Source: Ignavibacteriota bacterium (lineage in GTDB: Bacteria > Bacteroidota > Ignavibacteria > Palsa-1295). From it: 64,000 nt of DNA. A program made the position numbers and the translations under genes. The DNA lies in the NCBI GenBank assembly GCA_963787835.1, contig CAWBEI010000002.1, positions 96,001-160,000 of the forward strand. Direction: 5' to 3'. Positions 40,984-49,236 of this stretch are shown here, one piece after another (within the stretch, counting starts at the first letter, position 1; each line of letters starts with the position of its first letter). Under the pieces are notes generated by a model that was given only the letters and a program-made list of their open reading frames with translations, was not told the DNA's origin and did no database searches.

Positions 40984-41070
40984 ATTGAGTTGCGGGTTGT
41001 CACGATGTGGATTCTGCTTCAAGAATAATTGAACGCCAGTGCGAGTATGGAAGTTTGCTTCCAGGCTATC

Positions 41071-42264
41071 ATGAGCATTTTTTCTCACCTTTCGGAAATC
41101 CGCCATCGTCGCAGAACGGTCTCAACACTGGACTCGCGTATTAGGAAAAGCCTTCGTTCGTTTGAAGCACAGATGAAGCTCTCCCTAATTTCCAAAATCA
41201 GTCATATTTTAAGACCGGTAAAATGTACTTTGCCTCTACCTGTCCAAGATGTGAAGTCTGTACTCATCTTACGATACGACGCCCTTGGAGACGCTATTCT
41301 TTCGACGCCGGTTTGGCGAGCGATAAAAGCGTCCAATCCGAATATTCACGTTGGAGTTGCGGGGAGCAGAAGAAATATTGCGCTTCTCGAGTGGGATAAT
41401 ACCGTAGATTCCACCTATCAATTTTCTCGCGGCTTTACGCCCACGTTAATTCGCGACCTCTGGAAGGCGCGAAAAATAAAGTGGGATATTGTAATAAATT
41501 TATACTTTCACGATAAGACGCGCGGTGCCATCCTCGCCAAAATAGCTGCACCCCATGGGGTCAGCGTAACCAGCGTTCGAGAAAAAAAAGATAAATATTT
41601 AGCACTTTATTCTGCAGTAGGAGAAAGGCCTTCAAATTCCACACCCATGGTCCAGCAAAATTTGATGGTGTTAAAAGAAGTGATTGATCTGCCAAGTAAT
41701 ATTCTCAATGGACATCTCTCCATGCCGGATTTTCCTGAGGCAGCTAATGCATACATGCAAACTTTTGATACCGTGCTGCACAGAACTGGAAAATCGGATT
41801 ATATCATCATTAATACAGACGCCTCGCAAATATATAAAGAATGGGGGATAGAAAATTCCACTGCGCTCGCCCGGTTGGTAATTAGCAAATATCCTCAACG
41901 ACATGTTTTTCTTTCCTGTGCACCCTCTCGCTCAGAACCACTTCGAAAGTATCTTGCGAACGAACAAGATGGAATTTCCTTCCTTGATGCACCGACTATT
42001 ATCCATCTTGCGGTAGCCATCCGACACGCGCGAGCCACCGTCAGCCCTGATACCTCCGTGATCCATTTTTCCTCTGCACAACACGTACCTGTCCTTGGTT
42101 TGTACTTAGAACCGAATGAATTCCTTCCCTATGAAACTCCAAATCGTGTGCTGTTTGCTGCAAAAGGAATGCCCGCATCGGATATTCCCCTCAACGATGT
42201 GTTTGGCGCGCTGGAAGATTTACTTGCAGAAACAGATGAAGAGCACAAGCACTCAGTAATATAA
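41071..42264 (+). CDS. GT9-family glycosyltransferase
   Basis: LRYDALGDAILSTP, SPDTSVIHFSSA..PVLGLY; start uncertain. Confidence 0.87.
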   Translation: MSIFSHLSEIRHRRRTVSTLDSRIRKSLRSFEAQMKLSLISKISHILRPVKCTLPLPVQDVKSVLILRYDALGDAILSTPVWRAIKASNPNIHVGVAGSRRNIALLEWDNTVDSTYQFSRGFTPTLIRDLWKARKIKWDIVINLYFHDKTRGAILAKIAAPHGVSVTSVREKKDKYLALYSAVGERPSNSTPMVQQNLMVLKEVIDLPSNILNGHLSMPDFPEAANAYMQTFDTVLHRTGKSDYIIINTDASQIYKEWGIENSTALARLVISKYPQRHVFLSCAPSRSEPLRKYLANEQDGISFLDAPTIIHLAVAIRHARATVSPDTSVIHFSSAQHVPVLGLYLEPNEFLPYETPNRVLFAAKGMPASDIPLNDVFGALEDLLAETDEEHKHSVI

Positions 42265-43857
42265 CGCATAAGAGCGGAACATTCGCTCATGGGAAAAGCT
42301 ATGACGAAGCTTTTGAGTGAGTGTATCCCAATGTGCCATCTCACTCGAAGGTCTGTGATAGAATCGGTCTTCAAAACGAGAGACAATCGCAAACTGCTTC
42401 GACGAATCGGGCATATAATTACTTGTCGCAGCACTATCCCATGTAATCGTTCGTGAATACTTTCCGGAAATCCATCCCAATGTCCATCCGGAAGTATAAT
42501 AGGCAAGTTGGGGTGCGTATGCCTCGTTGGGGAAATCGGGATGAATAATGATAACATCGCTTTTTGCAGGATACGACTGCAATATTCTGGCTATTTGAGA
42601 CGCGCCATTGTCATAGACGGATGCCGATTGGGAAACAAGATGTGTGAGAGCAATACCGAGAAGCAGCGTTGACAATATTACTGCATTTCTGGACTCTTTT
42701 TGGATAAATCTCCAAAAAAGTAAAGCTACGATCATCGTGATAACAATAGTAACGATGCCAGCAATTGGCATTTGTATTTCATCCCATGAGATGCGGTGGG
42801 TTAAAAACATGCGCAATTGTTCACTCGAAGACCATATGAGAGCAACCAATATCAGACAATAAAGAATAGTAACTTTTTTCGAAGATATCCCCCCCACTCT
42901 ATCCCAGATGGCAGCGATCAGAATCGACGCAGGTGCAAGAAGTAGAAAGGCAAAATGTGGCATCCTCGTACCCACTAATTGAAGCACGATCATCAGTAGC
43001 AAAATCCAGATAAATGACGAACGAAACCATGTGCTTGCATTCCAGGCACAAGGTACCATAATAATAAGTGGCATCGAAACGAGCAACTGGTTCAAATAAT
43101 ACCACCAAGCGAGCGATGAAGGCGCGTAGCCACCACCTCGTATCGCGTCAAGTCCGCTATAGACATGGCTCCAATATTCGGGATGTCGCGAAGTCATAAC
43201 CAGGAACCACGGAAACGCAGCAACGAAGGCGGTCGAGAGCGCAAATCCAACAAACAACATTCTCTTCGGCTTGGAAAACGACCATGGCGCAAGGAGTACG
43301 AATGGCAAGATAAAAAGCGCTTCACTAAATTTCGTGAGCAGACCCAATCCGAGAAGAACCCCACTAAGAATTGCGTATATCCATCGATCTTGTTCGATGG
43401 CGATTAGGAGAAGATAGATCGCTGCGAGGCAGAAAAAAAGGAGTAAGCTCTCCATCTGCGCTCGGTGACTGAATTCGAGAAAAAGATCCGCCGCTGAAAG
43501 GGAGACTGCTGCTAGCAACGCGGCATCTTTTGATGCAAACTTGCGGACAATCGCCCAAAGCAAAAGGATGGAACCCGAAGCAGCCATTGCCATGGGCAAA
43601 CGAATTTCAAACGTGGAATCACCGAAAAAATATTTCGAAATGGCAATAAGCCAAACTCCGAGAGGAGGATGTGTACTTGAATATAAATGCCCAACGGCAT
43701 ATTGGGTCTGATCGAGCCATGCGCCGAACTTCAGACACGCATCGGCACGAATGACATACAGCGACTCATCCCACGGTTGAATTTCACCAAGTCCGAGCCG
43801 GATAAACGGCATCAGACATGCTACGATCAGCAACACACCTGGAATACGTCGTTTCAT
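42253..43857 (-). CDS. ArnT/PMT-like (GT-C fold) membrane glycosyltransferase
   Basis: WDESLY, HPPLGVW, FG.STFEIRLP, GLGLLTK, many TM helices. Confidence 0.85.
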   Translation of the reverse strand: MKRRIPGVLLIVACLMPFIRLGLGEIQPWDESLYVIRADACLKFGAWLDQTQYAVGHLYSSTHPPLGVWLIAISKYFFGDSTFEIRLPMAMAASGSILLLWAIVRKFASKDAALLAAVSLSAADLFLEFSHRAQMESLLLFFCLAAIYLLLIAIEQDRWIYAILSGVLLGLGLLTKFSEALFILPFVLLAPWSFSKPKRMLFVGFALSTAFVAAFPWFLVMTSRHPEYWSHVYSGLDAIRGGGYAPSSLAWWYYLNQLLVSMPLIIMVPCAWNASTWFRSSFIWILLLMIVLQLVGTRMPHFAFLLLAPASILIAAIWDRVGGISSKKVTILYCLILVALIWSSSEQLRMFLTHRISWDEIQMPIAGIVTIVITMIVALLFWRFIQKESRNAVILSTLLLGIALTHLVSQSASVYDNGASQIARILQSYPAKSDVIIIHPDFPNEAYAPQLAYYTSGWTLGWISGKYSRTITWDSAATSNYMPDSSKQFAIVSRFEDRFYHRPSSEMAHWDTLTQKLRHSFSHERMFRSYALYY

Positions 43858-44877
43858 TTATTGGATCACAAGCGGCGATGGAGTAAAACAGAGAATAAAG
43901 ATCCCGATCGTAATATAACCGATGATCTTTCTACGAAGATCGAGCGAACTTTCATCCTCACATGGTGGATGACGAAAACGAATCACGAAGGTGATAATAA
44001 GTGCCCACAGCAGCCACGTCTCACCGCCTGGAATAGCCATTGCATGTAACCAACGCGGCGTGTTATCGATATATTGGACGAGCACGGCCGGAATTGAAAT
44101 AACGAAAAGCACGAGAGCCGTAAACTGTCCTAATCGCTTATGAATTATTCGCCCCAGCAGCGTGTAGGTTAAATGCCCGCCGTCGAGCTGGCCGATAGGA
44201 AGTAAATTTAGCGCTGTCACAAACGTGCCAAACCATCCAGCGCACAGCATGGGATAGTGATAAACTTCTGACATCGGCGGCATGTAGCCATTTGGGTTCG
44301 CGAATAACTTTTTCATTCCACTGAAGAAGAGGGTGTTGCCAAACGAGAGCTCCAGCATCCCAGGCTTCATTACTTCATTCGGAAAATCCGGATGGATCTG
44401 CTGAAGGTACTCGATGCCCGGAAGTGTAGCAAAACCGATCGCGAGTATGATGATACAGGCGGTAAATCCAGCGATGGGGCCAGCCACGCCAATATCAAAC
44501 ATGACCTTATTCGACGGCACTTTCGAACGGGTACGAATTACGGCTCCCATCGTTCCAAAGCTTATGGAACCATATTGCGCTCCCGGAAACGGGATATAAA
44601 ACGGCAATGTCGCATCGACCTTATGAATTCTCGCGGCAATGAAATGACCGAACTCATGCGCCGTCAGGAAGAACATAACGAGCGTAGCATACTCCAAGCC
44701 TAAGTGAAGATTCGAAAGATCACCCGGATCTTGAACCCCTCGCCATGCTTCACCTGCCAGCGTCGTCGTGAGATAGGTTACCAGAAAAAGCAGGATGTGG
44801 AGCCACAACCGCTGCTTACCTAGCACACGAGTGAATACACTATCGAGTGGATGTGTGGGATCAGAAATCTCGGACAT
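43858..44877 (-). CDS. Site-2 protease (M50 family)
   Basis: HEFGH, FGTMGAVI, DIGVAGP, LNLLPIGQLDGGH. Confidence 0.93.
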   Translation of the reverse strand: MSEISDPTHPLDSVFTRVLGKQRLWLHILLFLVTYLTTTLAGEAWRGVQDPGDLSNLHLGLEYATLVMFFLTAHEFGHFIAARIHKVDATLPFYIPFPGAQYGSISFGTMGAVIRTRSKVPSNKVMFDIGVAGPIAGFTACIIILAIGFATLPGIEYLQQIHPDFPNEVMKPGMLELSFGNTLFFSGMKKLFANPNGYMPPMSEVYHYPMLCAGWFGTFVTALNLLPIGQLDGGHLTYTLLGRIIHKRLGQFTALVLFVISIPAVLVQYIDNTPRWLHAMAIPGGETWLLWALIITFVIRFRHPPCEDESSLDLRRKIIGYITIGIFILCFTPSPLVIQ

Positions 44878-45727
44878 CTAATTGTAATTTAAGTTGACTC
44901 ACTTTCGCTCCCGCATCGGTGCCCGCCCATGATGAGCCGTAATAATATTCAAGCTGCAGCCCCATTACGCCAAAATCGGATGCCATTTGTTCGATCCGAA
45001 GTCCGCAAGCGATAGATGGCCACACCGGGCCATCGCCACTGGTAACGAACAATGAAACGGGATAAGATTTGCCAATAGGTCCATACGGACCTCTGCCAGC
45101 ATAAGTCGCAATCTCTGCAAATCGCCAAGTGAAGCTTGCTGGAAATGCGACGCATGGTTCGATCTTAGTAACCTGATGGAAATATCCTCGAACTCCAACC
45201 GTCCATGAAATTCCTTCGTCAAACATATCTCTCAATGGAACTTCTCGCATGAGTTCAACGAACTCCCTGCTATACTTGCTGCTCGACCCGCCGGCAATGC
45301 TGTCAGATCCATCGACAAGGTGGGAGGAAATATGGCTGACCCTGAAACGCCACGTCGCATAGTCAGTGTGCCAATCTTCATGCCAATTGGCAAAAACACC
45401 GAAGAAATAATCGGCCGTCTGCACTGGAAATCGAAATTGTGAAAGTGTTTCCAGTCTGCTCCACACTACACCTTCCAACCCGATCCCTACGCCTTTGACC
45501 TGAATAATATCCATCCCATACCCAAGCTTCAGCCACAGGGACGGATCGAGAATTTCTTTTTCAATAGCAAAATTATTTGGTTCCAAAAAGAGCGCGGACT
45601 GTTGTACCCAAACATGCTTATCGTAAGGCGGTGGTAAAACATAATCCACGTATATTCGCCCACCATCTTGCGCGATGCATACGGAGATAGGAACAAAAAG
45701 AAGAATAGTTGTAATCAGCCACTTCAA
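44861..45727 (-). CDS. DUF1207-like outer-membrane protein
   Basis: Signal peptide; ADYFFG and RFRVSHISSHLVDG motifs; terminal Phe. Confidence 0.6.
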   Translation of the reverse strand: MKWLITTILLFVPISVCIAQDGGRIYVDYVLPPPYDKHVWVQQSALFLEPNNFAIEKEILDPSLWLKLGYGMDIIQVKGVGIGLEGVVWSRLETLSQFRFPVQTADYFFGVFANWHEDWHTDYATWRFRVSHISSHLVDGSDSIAGGSSSKYSREFVELMREVPLRDMFDEGISWTVGVRGYFHQVTKIEPCVAFPASFTWRFAEIATYAGRGPYGPIGKSYPVSLFVTSGDGPVWPSIACGLRIEQMASDFGVMGLQLEYYYGSSWAGTDAGAKVSQLKLQLDVRDF

Positions 45728-46848
45728 TGCTTATACACTCTCCCTTTCCACTTCACATTTTTTTGCATGAGCATGATGGGCATGGAAAAAATGAAGAGCG
45801 CAAGATAGATCTCATAGATCGGGAAAAATTTCAGGAGTGATTGTTTGCCCGTCCGGACCAGTACCGGCAAAATGATGAGCAGATCGGCTGCCCATTTGAT
45901 CCCAATGACTGCGAACGCCGTAGCAATTGGAAGAACAAAAAATGCCAGCACCATCGCAAGGTGTGCAAGCATACCAATAATAAAGATCACATAACCAACG
46001 AATTTCAAGCCCTCACCGCCCTTTACCCAGCGGTGTTTCTGCCGCCACCATGCTCGAAAATCGGGGCATGGCTCGCTCATCACCGTAAGATCGCTGTGAA
46101 TAGGAAAACGAACCTTCCACGGTTTCTTTTTCCAGATCGCCTGAAAAAGTGCGTAATCTTCTGTCACGCTGAATAGAATATTACGATAGCCTCCAACATC
46201 TTCATACGCTGCGCGCCTGAGAGAAATGTTATTTCCAATCACGGAGAGCGGGATATTGATATTGGCGCTGGCAGCAGCCATGCCAAGCAAAAATGACCAA
46301 TCGATCGATTGAATGCCATCGAGAAAATATGTCTGATCGAGCAGCGTAATGCTGGCGACCATGCCGGTGTCATCTGAATAGTATTCCAGATATTCCCGTA
46401 CCCAATTCGGCTGTACATGGGAATCGGCATCGGTGATCATTACGAATTCCCCTTGTGCGGCGTCCATACCTTGCGTTAGGGCATTTACTTTTCCGCGCAT
46501 ATGCAGAACTTCTTCCCCGGTACGAAGTACTTGCAGATTCGGCATCCGTTCCTTCCATGCCTCCAGGATTTCTGGCGTGCGGTCAGTGGATTTATCATCC
46601 ACAATAAGAAGCTGGAGTCTATCTTTCGGGTAGTTCAGAGCATTGAGCGATTTCAGGCATTTCTCGATATTCCTTTCCTCGTCGCGAGCGCACACCAGCA
46701 CGGTGCAAAGCGGTAAAGCAGCCGGGTCAACATCCTGAAGCGATCGTTCTGGCTCTCGGGTTGCACGATACACTCCGATCACGTAAATGACATGCTCGAT
46801 GAAATAAAGAAGAACGACGAGAAGGAAAAAACCGGCCAGCGAATTCAA
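45724..46848 (-). CDS. Membrane GT2-family glycosyltransferase
   Basis: ARDEE, VDDKSTD, GKVNAL, TDAD, TEDY, QKHRW (D,D,D,QxxRW). Confidence 0.9.
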   Translation of the reverse strand: MNSLAGFFLLVVLLYFIEHVIYVIGVYRATREPERSLQDVDPAALPLCTVLVCARDEERNIEKCLKSLNALNYPKDRLQLLIVDDKSTDRTPEILEAWKERMPNLQVLRTGEEVLHMRGKVNALTQGMDAAQGEFVMITDADSHVQPNWVREYLEYYSDDTGMVASITLLDQTYFLDGIQSIDWSFLLGMAAASANINIPLSVIGNNISLRRAAYEDVGGYRNILFSVTEDYALFQAIWKKKPWKVRFPIHSDLTVMSEPCPDFRAWWRQKHRWVKGGEGLKFVGYVIFIIGMLAHLAMVLAFFVLPIATAFAVIGIKWAADLLIILPVLVRTGKQSLLKFFPIYEIYLALFIFSMPIMLMQKNVKWKGRVYKH

Positions 46849-46934
46849 TGATAATAAGAAGTTAGAGTTGTCAAAAAAGTATTCACGAAGTAGCGTTCCA
46901 CTTCTTCATTCTTAACTCTTAATTCTTAATTTTC

Positions 46935-47621
46935 CTACTGCCATTCCGTTACTTGAGCATGAAAATCCAGAAGTACTTCGTCCGGATTCAGGGTGTGAAG
47001 CTGCATCACGATCTTATCATCGACATGAAGCGCACCGACCCCTTTCGGTGTGCCAGTGTACAGCAGATCTCCAGGTCGTACCGAGCATATCCTCGAGATG
47101 TAGGGAAGCAGCATCTCCGGTGAAAAGATCATCTGATTCGTGGTGACGCGCTGGCGTAAGTCATCATTGACCCATAGCGAAAAGCCGAGTTCCTCGAACG
47201 GTGGCGCGGATTCGAACGGAATAAAATGGCTGACCTGCGCTGCGCCATCGAATCCTTTGGAGATCGTCCAAGGCAAACCTTTGCGCTTTGCCTCATTCTG
47301 CACATCCCGCATGGTAAGATCGAGGCCAATGGCATACCCAGCGATCACATCGGCGGGCGAATAGGCATGAATATTCCTTCCGCCGCCGCGCAAGAGCAGG
47401 ATGAGTTCCCCCTCGTAATGAAGTTCCTTCGTCAAGGGCGGATACTCGATGAGGTTATACGAGCCATGCCGGAGCGCATTCGCCGGTTTTACGAAAATGA
47501 TCGGATCCTGAGGGACCTCCTGCCCAAGTTCCTGGGCATGCTCCACATAATTACGACCGACGCAGAACACGGTTCCCGCCTCGTACTCATCCTCGCTGTA
47601 CCCATCGAATAGCAGCTTCAT
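46935..47621 (-). CDS. Fumarylacetoacetate hydrolase-family protein
   Basis: CVGRNYVEHA, LHYEGEL, DLTMRDVQ..K..PW..KGFD, GDLLYTGTP.GVG. Confidence 0.93.
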   Translation of the reverse strand: MKLLFDGYSEDEYEAGTVFCVGRNYVEHAQELGQEVPQDPIIFVKPANALRHGSYNLIEYPPLTKELHYEGELILLLRGGGRNIHAYSPADVIAGYAIGLDLTMRDVQNEAKRKGLPWTISKGFDGAAQVSHFIPFESAPPFEELGFSLWVNDDLRQRVTTNQMIFSPEMLLPYISRICSVRPGDLLYTGTPKGVGALHVDDKIVMQLHTLNPDEVLLDFHAQVTEWQ

Positions 47622-47660
47622 AGTCTATGATATTAAATAGTTACCTCACCAAAATCTCGA

Positions 47661-49025
47661 TCATTGCCGCTCCTGCTCGGCGAGCTTGTCACGGAGCGCG
47701 GCCAGGGAATCCGATAGCGAGTAGCGCGATGCTTTGCTCGTGGCGCGGTAATCCTTGAGGGCGGTCTGCTCAGTTTCGCGTTCGGCCGCCGAGAGCGAAA
47801 GTGTGATGCGTGGCTTTGCATCGGAATCCGATCGGCCTTTACGTTCGAACTCAATAACGCGCAAACCCTCGATGGGCTTGCCTACTTTAAATACATCTTC
47901 TAATCGCATGGGCGCCGGATCGTTCGTGACCTCGCCACGCGGTACAAAACCCTCCGCGCCATGGTCCAGCGCGATCACTAATCCGCCGCGCGTAATTTCC
48001 TTGATCGTCCCGTTGTGATCCGTGCCGCGCCGAAAGGTATTCTCGATCACACGCATCGGGTCTTCAATAAGCTGCTTGCGGCTCACAGTGATCCGTCGGT
48101 CGCGCGAATCAACGGTCAGCACTTTTACCTCGAACTCATCTCCCATAGCAACAGCGTCCGCAGCGCTGCCGATGCGCTGCCATGCAATTTCCGAGATCGG
48201 CAAAAATGCGTGAAGACCGTTCGGGAGTTCGATCTCCGCTCCGAAATTATCGGCGGAAACCACTTTCGCCATATGGATCTGTCCGGGGGCATATTCGGCA
48301 TAAAGCGCAAGTTCAGGATCGGGCGTGAGCTGCCGAATGCCAAGGCGAACTTCTCTGCGCCCTCGGTCGAGTGCTAAAATTTTCGCAGTGACGGTGTCAC
48401 CACGCTTCAGAATTTCATACGGTTGATCCACCTTCTTCCAGGAAAGATCTCGCAGAAGAATAACCGCGTCAATGCCATTGCCAAGATCGACCTTCACGTT
48501 GCTGTGGTCGAAATTCTTTACTTTGACTTCGAGAATATCGCCTACATTCAAATTCTTGATCGCCTCGTGGCCTGCAGCGCGCGCCTCCTCATCGAGCACG
48601 GCACGATGGCTTAGGCTGATCTCGGGATTATCCGATCCCGGCTTCGCCTTGATGTTCGTAATTTTTACGGCAAGCGTCTTACCAAAATAATGCGCAATGT
48701 TACGATTCGGGTCATGATCGATATTATCATTCGGCAGGAATGCCTTGATGGCCGATTGTCCCTCGATAATAGGATCGACGATCTCCATTTCGAGGCCGTT
48801 CTTCTGCCACTTGACCACCCGCGCATTGACCGACTCCCGATGGCGCATTTTCGCTCGCAGCGGTTCCCATTCATCCGTTGGACGGGGTTTGCGTTCTTTG
48901 GCCGGTTCGGAGAGTGCGGGGGCTCCTTCAGCAGTGGCTTCCGGAGGGGTTTCTGCCTCCGTTTCCGGCGAGGCGGCAAGGGATTCTGGCACTATTATTT
49001 CGTGAGTGAGTTCGGGGTTCGTCAT
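47661..49025 (-). CDS. bS1-like protein with four S1 domains
   Basis: Four OB-fold repeats (e.g. FGAEIEL..GLHAFLPISEIAW, ITVSRKQL) and an RpsA-like tail SLSDSLAALRDKL; start set at ATG 49025. Confidence 0.8.
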   Translation of the reverse strand: MTNPELTHEIIVPESLAASPETEAETPPEATAEGAPALSEPAKERKPRPTDEWEPLRAKMRHRESVNARVVKWQKNGLEMEIVDPIIEGQSAIKAFLPNDNIDHDPNRNIAHYFGKTLAVKITNIKAKPGSDNPEISLSHRAVLDEEARAAGHEAIKNLNVGDILEVKVKNFDHSNVKVDLGNGIDAVILLRDLSWKKVDQPYEILKRGDTVTAKILALDRGRREVRLGIRQLTPDPELALYAEYAPGQIHMAKVVSADNFGAEIELPNGLHAFLPISEIAWQRIGSAADAVAMGDEFEVKVLTVDSRDRRITVSRKQLIEDPMRVIENTFRRGTDHNGTIKEITRGGLVIALDHGAEGFVPRGEVTNDPAPMRLEDVFKVGKPIEGLRVIEFERKGRSDSDAKPRITLSLSAAERETEQTALKDYRATSKASRYSLSDSLAALRDKLAEQERQ

Positions 49026-49236
49026 ATATATTATTGTACAACGGCGAATAAGGGAATACGGTTGCCCGAAAAGTAACAATCAAGCCCTTTCCGGCAGGGT
49101 TGAAGAAGGGAGCGGATTATTGCTTATTCAGCTTTCTCATCGCTTCAAGCAGGGCTGGTGATTTTACGATTTCTGGCTGATTGAAAAGCCGTTTTTACTG
49201 GGACGGAGCGATTTCATTATTAAAAGCCTAAACGGA

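Noticed and set aside
40984-41106. Apparent head-to-head overlap of two GT9 genes
   Set aside because: It disappears when the internal ATGs at 40983 and 41071 are used.
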